In this document: positions 55,213-64,000 of the stretch, in pieces
Layout of the letters: each line of letters opens with the position of its first letter
Numbering within the stretch: the stretch's first letter is position 1
Source of the DNA: an uncultured Gammaproteobacteria bacterium
GTDB lineage: Bacteria > Patescibacteriota > Patescibacteriia > 2-12-FULL-57-11
NCBI GenBank assembly: GCA_964648865.1
Contig: CAZYLV010000002.1
Location: 15,272 to 79,271, forward strand
Direction: 5' to 3'
DNA length: 64,000 nt
Notes under the pieces: model-generated
What the model was told of the DNA's origin: nothing
What the model saw: the letters and a program-made list of their open reading frames with translations, nothing else
Database searches by the model: none
Position numbers and translations under genes: made by a program

Positions 55213-56271
55213 TCATGCCAGGTGCTCCGGAAGGATGTGCTCGTCCATGGGTACGGCGGCGATCAGGCGCTTGCCGATGACCTCGGCCGAGCGGTTCGGG
55301 GGCAGGCCGCCCTTGCCCGGGCGCTTGAAGGCGATGTCCGTCTTGGCGACCACCTCGCCGGGGACGAGATCCCGCAGCGCGACGATGGCCGAGCCGGCCC
55401 AGGCGCGGCCTGCCGCGACGCTCTCGAGACGCTCGGTCTCGCTCTTGCCGCGCAACGCCGCCTCGAGCTCGCGGACCTGCGCGACCATGGCGGTGAGCTC
55501 CTCCGGCAGGAGCGCTCCCGGATTGTCCACGGAGCGCGGGTCCGCCTTGTCGAAGGTCAGGTGCTTCTCGACCATGCACGCGCCGAGGGCCACGGCCGCG
55601 AGCGGCAGGTGGAAGCCGCGCGAGTGGTCCGAGATGCCTACCGGCAGGCCGGTCAGCTCGCGCAGCTGCCCGATGCGCGGCAGGTTGACGTTCTCCGGTT
55701 CCGTCGGGTACTGGCTCACGCAATGGAAGATCCCGATGTCGCGCGCGCCGGCGTCGCGCAGCGTGGCGATGGCGTCGAGCACCTCCTGGTCGCTCTGCAG
55801 GCCGAAGGAGATGAGCACCGGTTTGCCGCGGCTGCCCACGTCGCGCAGGAAATCGGGATTGTTGGATTCGCCCGAGCCGACCTTGAAGTAGGGGACGTCC
55901 AGCGTCTTATCGAGGAACTCGATGGCCCAGTGGTCGTGCGGCGTGGCGAACCAGGCGATCCCTTTTGCGTCGGCCTCGTCGCGCAGCGCGCGCAGCTCGT
56001 CGTCGGTGAACTCCTTGTACTTGAGGCGCTCGAACCAATCGTAGCCGAGCTCGTCCTTGAGTCGGGCGCTGACGCGCTTGCTCACCAGGTTCTCCGTCTT
56101 CCAAGCCTGGTACTTCACCGCGTCGACCTTGGCCGTGACGGCCGCCTCGAGCTGGCCGCGCGCCAGGGCCATCTCACCGTAGTTGGTGACGCCGGCCTCG
56201 CAGATGATGAAGACGGGGTGCCCGTCGCCGACGGGCCGTCCGCCGAGGCTGATGGGTGAGACGGGCCTCAT
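55213..56271 (-). CDS. neuB: NeuB-family nonulosonic acid synthase
   Basis: ICEAGVTN, AVKYQ, KVGSGE, HCVSQYP, GISDHS, VEKHLT and a C-terminal SAF domain (KRPG). Confidence 0.93.
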   Translation of the reverse strand: MRPVSPISLGGRPVGDGHPVFIICEAGVTNYGEMALARGQLEAAVTAKVDAVKYQAWKTENLVSKRVSARLKDELGYDWFERLKYKEFTDDELRALRDEADAKGIAWFATPHDHWAIEFLDKTLDVPYFKVGSGESNNPDFLRDVGSRGKPVLISFGLQSDQEVLDAIATLRDAGARDIGIFHCVSQYPTEPENVNLPRIGQLRELTGLPVGISDHSRGFHLPLAAVALGACMVEKHLTFDKADPRSVDNPGALLPEELTAMVAQVRELEAALRGKSETERLESVAAGRAWAGSAIVALRDLVPGEVVAKTDIAFKRPGKGGLPPNRSAEVIGKRLIAAVPMDEHILPEHLA

Positions 56272-56978
56272 GCGTTGGGGAACAGCACGGGGACGAGCGC
56301 CTGCGCGGTGCGCAGGTCCTCGGGGCCGTCGACGTCGAAGGTCGAAAGGCCGCTGATGACGAGCGGCAGGCAGCGGTCGCCGATGGGGATCTGCTTCTCA
56401 CGGATGACCTCAGGGCGGAACAGCCAGAGGTTGCCCATGGCGTAGAAGACCGGCTTGGACTGCCGCGTGTTGTATTTGGCGCGTTCCTCCGGGTTCGCGA
56501 AGCGCAGGCAGCCGTCCTCCTCGATGCGCCTGAGGTTCACGGGATGGAAATGGTTGGGGACCTCCTGCACGGACGTCACCGAGTCGGCCTCGGGGTGCGC
56601 GGCGAGCAGGGCGATGGCATCGGCGATCTCCTGGGTGCGGACGAAGGGCGAAGTCGGCTGCAGGAGCAGCACGGCGTCCGGCCCGTAGCCCTCGTTGGCC
56701 TTGAGCCACTCGAGCGCATGGCGCAGCACCGGCATCGTCGGCGACGTGTCCGTCGCGAGTTCCGCCGGCCGCACGTACGGGGTCTCGGCGCCGTGGGCTC
56801 GGGCCACGGCGGCGATCTCGGCGTCGTCCGTGTCGACGACGATGCGGGAGACGGCCGGGCAGGCGCGGGCGGCGGCGATGCCATAGGCAAGCATCGGCTT
56901 GCCGCCGAGGTCCGCGATGTTCTTCTTGGGGATGGACTTGGACCCGCCGCGCGCGGGAAGGATCGCCAGGACCTTCAT
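56268..56978 (-). CDS. neuA: CMP-nonulosonic acid synthetase (acylneuraminate cytidylyltransferase)
   Basis: PARGGSKSIPKKN, RPAELATD, LQPTSP, DVDGPED. Confidence 0.93.
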   Translation of the reverse strand: MKVLAILPARGGSKSIPKKNIADLGGKPMLAYGIAAARACPAVSRIVVDTDDAEIAAVARAHGAETPYVRPAELATDTSPTMPVLRHALEWLKANEGYGPDAVLLLQPTSPFVRTQEIADAIALLAAHPEADSVTSVQEVPNHFHPVNLRRIEEDGCLRFANPEERAKYNTRQSKPVFYAMGNLWLFRPEVIREKQIPIGDRCLPLVISGLSTFDVDGPEDLRTAQALVPVLFPNA

Positions 56979-56989
56979 ATCTGGGCTCC

Positions 56990-57040
56990 ATCCTGGCCCA
57001 TCCGGGCAGCCTTGTCAAAGCCCCGGCGGGTCGGTACGAT
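56990..57040. promoter_or_regulatory. Divergent promoters sharing overlapping -35 elements (neuA / neuC)
   Basis: TTGTCAA at 57012-57018 reads TTGTCA-N17-TACGAT on + and TTGACA-N17-CAGGAT on -. Confidence 0.6.
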
Positions 57041-57060
57041 CGCGCGGAACCCCTGTGGAC

Positions 57061-58272
57061 ATGCCCCTCACGCGCATCGCCATCTTTTCCGGGAAGCGCG
57101 GCGGGCTCGGTGCCTATCTGCCGCTCGTCCGGCTCATCGAGGCCGACCCGTCCCTCTCCGCGCATCTGGTGCTCGGGGACATGCACGCCTCTCCTTTTTT
57201 CGGGATGACCGAAGGCGAGGCGCGCGCGCTCTTTCCGGGCACCGACATCCGGGTCGTCGACATGGCCACCGGCGGCGACGATTCCGTCGCGGCGCGCCTG
57301 CGTGGCCTGGGGACGCTGCTCAGGGAGTCGGTGGCCGCGCTCGCCGATGTCCGGCCGGACGTGCTGTTCGTGCACGGCGACCGCGCCGAGCATCTGCTCA
57401 TGGCGCTGGCCGCCTCGACCAGCGGCATCCTCGTGGCGCACACTCAGGGCGGCGACGTCTCAGGCAACATCGACGAGCACCAGCGGCACGCCATCACCAA
57501 GCTGGCGCACCTCCACTTCCCGGAGACGGCCGAGGCCGCGGCGCGTCTCGCCTTGCTCGGCGAGGAAACATGGCGCATCCATCCGGTGGGATCCCTGTAC
57601 GTGGACCGCATCGTGGCGCGGATGTTCCCGCCGGCCGCCGACGTCCGCCAGCGCTACGGTCTGGGCCCGGCGGGCGACTATGCCGTGGTGCTGCTCCATC
57701 CGGAGACCTGGAAGTCGCGTGCCGAGAACCAGGCCATGGCCGAGAGCGTCCTCACGGCGGTGGCGGCCTCCGGCATGCGCGCGTTGCTGGTCTACCCGTG
57801 CTCCGATCCCGGCTTCGGCGGCATCGTCGATGCCATCGAAGCGCGGCGCGGAGCACCCGGCGTGGCCATCGAGAAGAACGTGCCCAACATGGATTTCCTG
57901 AGCCTCCTCTCCGGCGCGGCCGTGCTGGTGGGGAATTCCAGCGCCGCATTGGTCGAGGCGCCGTATCTGGGCGTGCCGGCCGTCAATGTCGGCGAGCGCC
58001 AGCGCGGCCGACGGCGCGACGCCAACGTCATCGACGTCCCGGAACCGAGCGTCGCGGGGGTCGCTGCGGCCCTCACGCGCGCCCGCGAGGACGTCGCCTT
58101 CCGCGCCGGTCTGGCCGCCGCGGGCGGCAGGCTCGGCGACGGCACCGCCTCGCGCCGCATCCTCGAGGTGCTGCGCGGGCTCGACCCTGCGGCGACCGGC
58201 GCGCTCCAGAAGCGCCTGACGTACGCCGCCGCGGACATCGACGCCGCGGGATTGCTAAGGAAAAAGGGGTGA
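57061..58272 (+). CDS. neuC: Hydrolysing UDP/GDP-HexNAc 2-epimerase (NeuC/LegG family)
   Basis: HGDRAE, HTQGGDVSGNIDE, RHAITKLAHLHF, LHPET, GNSSA, GERQRGR. Confidence 0.9.
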   Translation: MPLTRIAIFSGKRGGLGAYLPLVRLIEADPSLSAHLVLGDMHASPFFGMTEGEARALFPGTDIRVVDMATGGDDSVAARLRGLGTLLRESVAALADVRPDVLFVHGDRAEHLLMALAASTSGILVAHTQGGDVSGNIDEHQRHAITKLAHLHFPETAEAAARLALLGEETWRIHPVGSLYVDRIVARMFPPAADVRQRYGLGPAGDYAVVLLHPETWKSRAENQAMAESVLTAVAASGMRALLVYPCSDPGFGGIVDAIEARRGAPGVAIEKNVPNMDFLSLLSGAAVLVGNSSAALVEAPYLGVPAVNVGERQRGRRRDANVIDVPEPSVAGVAAALTRAREDVAFRAGLAAAGGRLGDGTASRRILEVLRGLDPAATGALQKRLTYAAADIDAAGLLRKKG

Positions 58273-58281
58273 TGGTATAGT
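58252..58281 (+). promoter_or_regulatory. Putative extended -10 promoter of the sqdB-cys operon
   Basis: TTGCTA-N18-TATAGT with TG extension. Confidence 0.55.
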
Positions 58282-58312
58282 CCTGCCGCTAGTTTTCCTG
58301 TCGCCACGACCT

Positions 58313-59473
58313 ATGCGTGTCCTGATCCTCGGAGCTGACGGTTACCTCGGTTGGCCCACCGCGATGCACTTCGCCGCGCGTGGCGACGAGGTGGCGGTCC
58401 TCGATAACATGGCCAAACGCGTCTGGGAGGCCGAGGTCGGCGCGCAGCCCCTCTGGGCCATCCCGACCCTGCAACGCCGTCTCCAGCTCTGGAAGGAGAA
58501 GACCGGCAAGCCGATGAAGCTGTACGTCGGCGACATCGCCGAGAACCACCGCTTCGTCTACCACGTCTTCGAGCAGTTCCGGCCCGAGGCCATCATCCAT
58601 TACGCGGAGCAGCCCTCGGCGCCCTATTCGATGATTTCGCGGGAGAGCGCCGTCTCCACCCAGCGCAACAACGTGCTCGGGACGCTCAACGTGCTCTTCG
58701 CCATGAAGAAGTACGTGCCGGACGCGCATCTCATCAAGCTCGGCACGATGGGCGAGTACGGCACGCCGAACATCGACATCGAGGAGGGCTACATCACCAT
58801 CGAGCACAACGGACGCTCGGACCGTCTGCCCTTCCCCAAGATGGCCGGCTCCTTCTATCACTGGAGCAAGGTCCACGACAGCGGCAACATCATGTTCGCC
58901 GCCAAGATCTGGGACCTGCGCGCCACGGACCTCAACCAGGGCGTGGTCTACGGGATCGACACGCCGGAGACGCTCTTGCACCCCGACCTGCGCACCAGCT
59001 TCCACTACGACGGCGTCTTCGGCACGGCGCTCAACCGCTTCTGCGTGCAGGCCGTGGCCGGGATCCCGCTCACGCTCTACGGCACTGGCGGCCAGAAGCG
59101 CGGCTTCCTCAACATCAACGATACGCTGCAGTGCGTGGCGATCGCCGCGGACAACCCCGCCGAACGCGGGGAGTTCCGCGTCTTCAACCAATTCACGGAG
59201 GTCTTCACCGTGGCCGAGCTGGCCGAACGCGTCGTCTCGGCGGCGGGCGCCGTGGGGATCCAGGCCACGACGCGGCGCCTGGAGAACCCGCGCATCGAGA
59301 AGGAAGACCATTACTACAACCCCAAGAACGACGCGCTCCTCAAGCTCGGGCTCAAGCCCCGGCTGCTTTCCCAGGAGCTCGTCGACAGCATGCTCAAGAG
59401 GATCAGGGAGGCGCAGGCCCAGGTCGACCTGGACACCATCTTGCCTGCGGTGCAATGGAAGCAGCGCACATGA
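58313..59473 (+). CDS. sqdB: UDP-sulfoquinovose synthase (SqdB/SQD1/Agl3)
   Basis: GADGYLGWPT, AEQPSAPYSM, KLGTMGEYG, GSFYHWSKVHDS, TDLNQGVVYG, ALNRFC, VFNQFTE, NPRIE. Confidence 0.95.
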   Translation: MRVLILGADGYLGWPTAMHFAARGDEVAVLDNMAKRVWEAEVGAQPLWAIPTLQRRLQLWKEKTGKPMKLYVGDIAENHRFVYHVFEQFRPEAIIHYAEQPSAPYSMISRESAVSTQRNNVLGTLNVLFAMKKYVPDAHLIKLGTMGEYGTPNIDIEEGYITIEHNGRSDRLPFPKMAGSFYHWSKVHDSGNIMFAAKIWDLRATDLNQGVVYGIDTPETLLHPDLRTSFHYDGVFGTALNRFCVQAVAGIPLTLYGTGGQKRGFLNINDTLQCVAIAADNPAERGEFRVFNQFTEVFTVAELAERVVSAAGAVGIQATTRRLENPRIEKEDHYYNPKNDALLKLGLKPRLLSQELVDSMLKRIREAQAQVDLDTILPAVQWKQRT

Positions 59474-59481
59474 TGCCGCCT

Positions 59482-60216
59482 ATGGACGCGACAGGCATCA
59501 TCCTGTCCGCGGGCATCGGCCAGCGGATGGGCGAGCCAACCAAGGACCGGCCGAAAGGCATGCTCGACCTCGGCGGCCGGCCGCTCTTGGCGTACGGCAT
59601 CCGCTTCCTGCGGTCCGTGGGCGTGTCCCGTGTCGTCGTCGTCGCCGGGCACCATGCCGCCACCGTCCATGACTTCGTCCGGGGTTTCGATCCGGCGGTC
59701 GAGGTCGTCGACAACCCCGACTACCTCAAGGGCAACCTCTACTCGGTGTTGACGGCGTTGCGCGTCGTGCCCGGCGCCTTCCTGTTGGCCAATGCCGACC
59801 ACATCTACTCGCGGCAGATCGCCGCGACGGTGGCCGCCGCCGCGCGCGGCATCACCGCCTACTGCGACACCGACCGCGCCTTGGGCGACGACGACATGAA
59901 GGTCAAGCTGGACGCCGCGGGCATGCTCGCAGGCATCTCCAAGCGGCTCGTCGACTTCGACCGCGGCTACGTGGGCCTGACGTACTGCGACGCGGCCTCG
60001 CGTCCGCTCTACGACGCCGCCTGCGCGCGCGTCGTGGCACGCCTGGGCGACAAGGCCGTGGCCGAACAGGTGCTCCAGGAACTGGCCGACGGCGGCGCCG
60101 CGGTCGGCATCGGCGACATCTCCGGCCATGGCTGGCTGGAGGTCGATTTTCCGGAGGAATTCGTCCGCGCGAAGGCCGCGGTAGCCAAGGACGTGGCGCG
60201 GTACTGGACCGCCTGA
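59482..60216 (+). CDS. Nucleotidyltransferase, inositol-1-phosphate/phosphocholine cytidylyltransferase-like
   Basis: SAGIGQRM, PKG, KGNLYS, ADHIYS, MKV, ISKRL, WLEVD. Alternative start at 59470. Confidence 0.8.
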   Translation: MDATGIILSAGIGQRMGEPTKDRPKGMLDLGGRPLLAYGIRFLRSVGVSRVVVVAGHHAATVHDFVRGFDPAVEVVDNPDYLKGNLYSVLTALRVVPGAFLLANADHIYSRQIAATVAAAARGITAYCDTDRALGDDDMKVKLDAAGMLAGISKRLVDFDRGYVGLTYCDAASRPLYDAACARVVARLGDKAVAEQVLQELADGGAAVGIGDISGHGWLEVDFPEEFVRAKAAVAKDVARYWTA

Positions 60217-60228
60217 GCGCGGTCGCGT

Positions 60229-61134
60229 ATGCGGCAGGGCGCCTGCGGCCATCTCGACCGGCTCGAAGCCGAGAGCATCCACGTCTTCCGCGAGGCCGTG
60301 GCCGAGTTCCGGAATCCGGTCATGCTCTACTCCATCGGCAAGGATTCCAGCGTCCTGCTGCGGTTGGCGCAGAAGGCCTTCGCGCCCGGGCCGATGCCCT
60401 TCCCGCTGCTGCATGTCGACACCAAGTACAAGTTCCGGGAGATGATCGAGTTCCGCGACGCCGTCGCCCGGGACAACGGGCTGCGGCTGATCGTCCACAG
60501 CAACGAGGAACCGGCCGCCCAGCAGATGAAGCCCGAGGAGGCGCACACCGAGACCTACATCTACTACAAGAAGACCAAGCCGCTGCTCGAGGCCATGCGC
60601 ATCCACGGCTTCGATGCGGCCTTCGGCGGGGCACGTCGTGAGGAGGAGAAGTCCCGCGCCAAGGAGCGCATCTTTTCCGTGCGCAACGAACATGGGGTCT
60701 GGGACCCCAAGCGCCAACGGCCCGAGGTCTGGGACCTCTACAACTGCAAGCTCAACGCCGGGGAGACGATGCGCGTCTTCCCGCTGTCCGACTGGACGGA
60801 AGCCGACGTCTGGGCGTACATCGCGCGCGAACGCATCCCGGTGGTGCCGCTCTACTTCGCCGCGACGCGTCGCGTGGTCCGGCGCAACGGCGTCCTGCTG
60901 CGGCTCGACGAGCACGTGCGGGCCCGGCCCGACGAGGAGGTCATGGAGCTTTCCTGCCGCTACCGGACGCTGGGCTGTTCGCCGTCCACCGGCGCGGTGC
61001 CGTCGACCGCCGCGACCGTAGAGGAGATCCTGGCCGAGGTGGTCTCCGCGCGCAATTCGGAACGCGAGACGCGGGCCATCGACCACGCCGGCGAGAACGC
61101 CATGGAGGAGAAGAAACGGGAAGGGTATTTCTGA
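60229..61134 (+). CDS. cysD: Sulfate adenylyltransferase subunit 2
   Basis: [51 protein letters not shown]. Confidence 0.96.
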   Translation: MRQGACGHLDRLEAESIHVFREAVAEFRNPVMLYSIGKDSSVLLRLAQKAFAPGPMPFPLLHVDTKYKFREMIEFRDAVARDNGLRLIVHSNEEPAAQQMKPEEAHTETYIYYKKTKPLLEAMRIHGFDAAFGGARREEEKSRAKERIFSVRNEHGVWDPKRQRPEVWDLYNCKLNAGETMRVFPLSDWTEADVWAYIARERIPVVPLYFAATRRVVRRNGVLLRLDEHVRARPDEEVMELSCRYRTLGCSPSTGAVPSTAATVEEILAEVVSARNSERETRAIDHAGENAMEEKKREGYF

Positions 61135-61135
61135 T

Positions 61136-62398
61136 ATGGACGCATCCGCCTACGCCTTCGGGCTGCGCCGCGTCGCCGCCATCGGCAGCGTCGACGACGG
61201 CAAGTCCACGCTCATCGGACGCCTGCTCTACGACACCGGCAACGTCTACGACGACCAGCTCGCCGCCGTCGAGAAGAGCAGCCGCCGCAAGGGCAAGGAG
61301 GGCATCGACCTCTCCTTCATCACCGACGGCCTGGCCGCCGAGCGCGAGCAAGGCATCACCATCGACGTGGCCTACCGCTACGTCACGACGCCGACCCATC
61401 GGTTCATCCTCGCGGACGCGCCGGGCCATGAGGAGTACACGCGCAACATGGTGACCGCCGCCGCCGGCGCCGACACCGCGGTGGTGCTGACGGACGTCGC
61501 CGCGGGCCCGACGCTGCAGACCGTCCGCCACCTGTACCTGGCGCATCTCTTCGGCGTCCGGCAGCTCATCGTGGCGGTCAACAAGATGGACCAGGTAGGC
61601 TACGCGCAGGACGGCTTCGGGCGCATCCGCGATGCGGTGGCCGCCTCGCTGGAGCGGATGGGCGTCCAGGGTGTGGCCTTCATCCCGGTCTCCGCGCTCG
61701 CGGGCGACATGGTGGCGCACCGCGGTGAGCGCCTGCCCTGGTACGGCGGACCGACCCTGCTCGAGGCCATCTCGCGCGACCCGGCCACGGCCGCGCAGCT
61801 CGACGCGCCGTTCCGGATGTGCGTGCAGACGGCGGTGCGCGCCGGCACGGACTTCCGTGGGTACGCCGGAACGGTCGCCGCGGGGCGCCTGCGCGTCGGC
61901 GACGCGGTCGTCGTCTTGCCGAGCGGCCGCACCTCCGCCGTGACGCGCATCCTGCTCGACCCGCACGGACTCCCGGAGGCGCGCTGGCCGCAGGCCGTGG
62001 TCGTGACGCTTGCCGACGACGTCGGGGTGAGCCGCGGCGACGTGTTGGTGCGCGGCGACGAATCCGCCCGTCCCCGGATCGGGGATGCGCTGGCGGCGGA
62101 CGTCTGCTGGATGTCCGAGCATCCGCTCGCGCCCGGCGCCACGTACCTCATCAAGCACGGCACCCGCACCACCAAAGCGACGGTCACGGCCATCGACCAC
62201 CGCATCGACATGCGGACCGTCTCGCCCGTGCCGGCGGAGTCCCTGACGCTCAACGACGTCGGCGCACTGCGCATGGCCGCGCACGAGCCGCTCGTGTACG
62301 ATGCTTATCGCGACAACAGGACCACCGGCGCCATCCTCATGATCGACCCCCTCTCCAAGGCGACGGTCGGCGTCGGCCTCATCAGGCACGCCCCATGA
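61136..62398 (+). CDS. cysN: Sulfate adenylyltransferase subunit 1 (GTPase), no fused CysC
   Basis: GSVDDGKSTLIGRLL, DGLAAEREQGITIDVAYRY, DAPGH, NKMD, LNDVG. Confidence 0.95.
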   Translation: MDASAYAFGLRRVAAIGSVDDGKSTLIGRLLYDTGNVYDDQLAAVEKSSRRKGKEGIDLSFITDGLAAEREQGITIDVAYRYVTTPTHRFILADAPGHEEYTRNMVTAAAGADTAVVLTDVAAGPTLQTVRHLYLAHLFGVRQLIVAVNKMDQVGYAQDGFGRIRDAVAASLERMGVQGVAFIPVSALAGDMVAHRGERLPWYGGPTLLEAISRDPATAAQLDAPFRMCVQTAVRAGTDFRGYAGTVAAGRLRVGDAVVVLPSGRTSAVTRILLDPHGLPEARWPQAVVVTLADDVGVSRGDVLVRGDESARPRIGDALAADVCWMSEHPLAPGATYLIKHGTRTTKATVTAIDHRIDMRTVSPVPAESLTLNDVGALRMAAHEPLVYDAYRDNRTTGAILMIDPLSKATVGVGLIRHAP

Positions 62399-63114
62399 GC
62401 CCTCGACCCGTCGACGCGTCCGCCGTGCCCGCGCTCGCTGCGCGCTTCCGCGAGGCCTCCGCCGAAGACCTCATCCGCTGGGCGGGCGAGACGTTCGGTG
62501 ACGGCTTGGCGATCGCCTCGAGCTTCAGCGCCGAGGACGTCGTCCTCATCGACCTGGCCGTGCGCCTGGCACCGCGCACGACGGTCTTCACGTTGGATAC
62601 CGGCCGGCTGCCGGAGGAGACGCACGCCGTCATCGACGCCGTCCGCCGCAGGTACGGGCTGGCGGTGGAGGTCCATATGCCTGATGCGGGGAAGGCGGAA
62701 GCGTTGGTGCGCGAGAAGGGGATGTACTCCTTCCGGCAGGGCCTTGAGGAACGGCGTTCTTGCTGCTTCGTGCGCAAGGTGGAGCCGCTGCGCCGCGCGC
62801 TCCAGGGCAAGGGAGCCTGGATGACCGGGCTGCGCAACGGCCAGGCGGCCACGCGCCATGAGGTGGATCGGATCGCGTGGGACGGGCTCAACGGCGGGCT
62901 CGTGAAGATCAACCCGCTGGCGTCATGGACGTCCGAGCGCATCTGGGAGCATGTCCGCGCCAACGGCCTGCCGTACAACGCGCTCTACGACAAGGGCTAC
63001 ACCTCGATCGGCTGCGCGCCATGCACCCGTCCGGTGCAGCCGGGCGAGGACGAACGCGCCGGTCGCTGGTGGTGGGAGGATCCCGACAAGAAGGAATGCG
63101 GCCTGCACCGCTGA
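62395..63114 (+). CDS. cysH: APS reductase (CysH family, 4Fe-4S type)
   Basis: LDTGRL, CC pair (SCCFVRKVEPL), SIGCAPCT, RAGRW, ECGLH. Confidence 0.92.
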   Translation: MSPRPVDASAVPALAARFREASAEDLIRWAGETFGDGLAIASSFSAEDVVLIDLAVRLAPRTTVFTLDTGRLPEETHAVIDAVRRRYGLAVEVHMPDAGKAEALVREKGMYSFRQGLEERRSCCFVRKVEPLRRALQGKGAWMTGLRNGQAATRHEVDRIAWDGLNGGLVKINPLASWTSERIWEHVRANGLPYNALYDKGYTSIGCAPCTRPVQPGEDERAGRWWWEDPDKKECGLHR

Positions 63115-63117
63115 GCG

Positions 63118-64000
63118 CTAGAGCGCAAGCAACGCGGCGCCGAGCACCATGAGCGCTCCCGCGGCCACCCTCTCCGGGTGGCCGCGTTCCTTGAGCATCG
63201 GTCCGGACAGCAGGATGACGAAGAGGATCGACGTCCGGCGCAGGGCGGAGGAGTAGCTGGCCGGACCGAGGGTCAGCGCCATGTTGAAGAGGACGATGAC
63301 GCCCGTGTAGATGACGGGCGAGAGCAGCAGCATACCGAGCTGGCGGGGGGTGAGCCGTCGGGGCAGATGCTCGCGACGCAGCGTCGTCGCGACGATGAGT
63401 CCGACGAAGCCGAGCACGGCCATCGGCGCGAAGGTGGCCGAAGTCCGGGCCACGGCGAGCTTGTCGAAATTGATGGAGATGCTGGCCGCGAGCGCGCCGA
63501 GGAAGGCGATGCGCACGCCTGCGTCGGAGCGCAACAGCCGCCACGGGAGCAGGAAGTCGCGTGCCGTGTGGAGATGCCGCCGCCAGCCGGGCGGGCCGCC
63601 GTCCGCGGCGCCGGGATTGCCGCGCGAGAGCACGTAGAGACCGAGCGAGAGCAGCGGGACGCCGGCCCAGCCCGCCGGTCCGGGGATCTCTCCGAGGATG
63701 AGGATGCCGGTGAACAGGGCGAAGAGCGGCGCCGTGGCGGAGATGGGCGCGACGAGCGAGGCGTCGGTGCGCGCCAGCGCGAAGAGCTCCCCGCCGATGA
63801 TGGCGATGTTGAGCACGGCGGTCGCGGCCAGCGGCCAGAAGGCGCCTGTGGGGGAGTACCAGTCGATGTCCGGCGGCGGGCGCGACCAGACGGCGGTGAG
63901 GACGGCGAGCAGCACGCTGCCCATGAGCATGTTCACCGTCGTCACGAAGCGCGCGGGCAACTCGCGCAGGACCCGCTTGCTGTTGACGACGTAGAAGGCG
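63118..64000 (-). CDS. DMT/EamA family transporter (5' truncated by window)
   Basis: Hydrophobic repeats, ASLVAPI, ILGE, LKER. Frame stays open to the window end. Confidence 0.8.
   Translation of the reverse strand, partial: AFYVVNSKRVLRELPARFVTTVNMLMGSVLLAVLTAVWSRPPPDIDWYSPTGAFWPLAATAVLNIAIIGGELFALARTDASLVAPISATAPLFALFTGILILGEIPGPAGWAGVPLLSLGLYVLSRGNPGAADGGPPGWRRHLHTARDFLLPWRLLRSDAGVRIAFLGALAASISINFDKLAVARTSATFAPMAVLGFVGLIVATTLRREHLPRRLTPRQLGMLLLSPVIYTGVIVLFNMALTLGPASYSSALRRTSILFVILLSGPMLKERGHPERVAAGALMVLGAALLAL

Noticed and set aside
60229-63114. PAPS-reductase-domain genes as a phosphorothioation (Dnd/Ssp) or defence system
   Set aside because: They are canonical CysD/CysN/CysH with no dnd or ssp partners
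1-64000. CRISPR array, tRNA, rRNA, IS elements or prophage genes
   Set aside because: Intergenic gaps are nearly all under about 130 nt and hold only hairpins or promoters; no repeat-spacer pattern, cloverleaf or transposase/phage motifs were seen

Overview
High-GC bacterial DNA occupied almost entirely by one very large cell-surface glycosylation locus of about 56 genes, mostly on the + strand and translationally coupled. It begins with the 3' end of a highly expressed S-layer-like surface protein gene, followed by three tandem Wzy_C/O-antigen-ligase-TPR (oligosaccharyltransferase-like) genes. After these come GT4/GT2/GT-C glycosyltransferases, a Wzx flippase, nine SAM methyltransferases and several tailoring enzymes. 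Four modules for anionic substituents are embedded: (1) a complete methylphosphonate pathway (cytidylyltransferase, MpnS with the 2-His-1-Gln plus Phe/Ile signature, a non-canonical PepM-nucleotidyltransferase fusion, Ppd, phosphonoacetaldehyde reductase), bracketed by two small ribbon-helix-helix proteins ending in RLRSLGYID and preceded by 10-bp phased GTAAT repeats; (2) UDP-sulfoquinovose synthase with its own CysD/CysN/APS-reductase sulfite supply; (3) NeuA/B/C nonulosonic acid genes; (4) inositol-phosphate genes. TATG starts without Shine-Dalgarno motifs, short-leader sigma70 promoters and the gene content suggest a Patescibacteria (CPR)-like host, but this is inference only. No rRNA, tRNA, CRISPR array or transposase was recognised. 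All family assignments come from reading motifs by eye; no database search was run.
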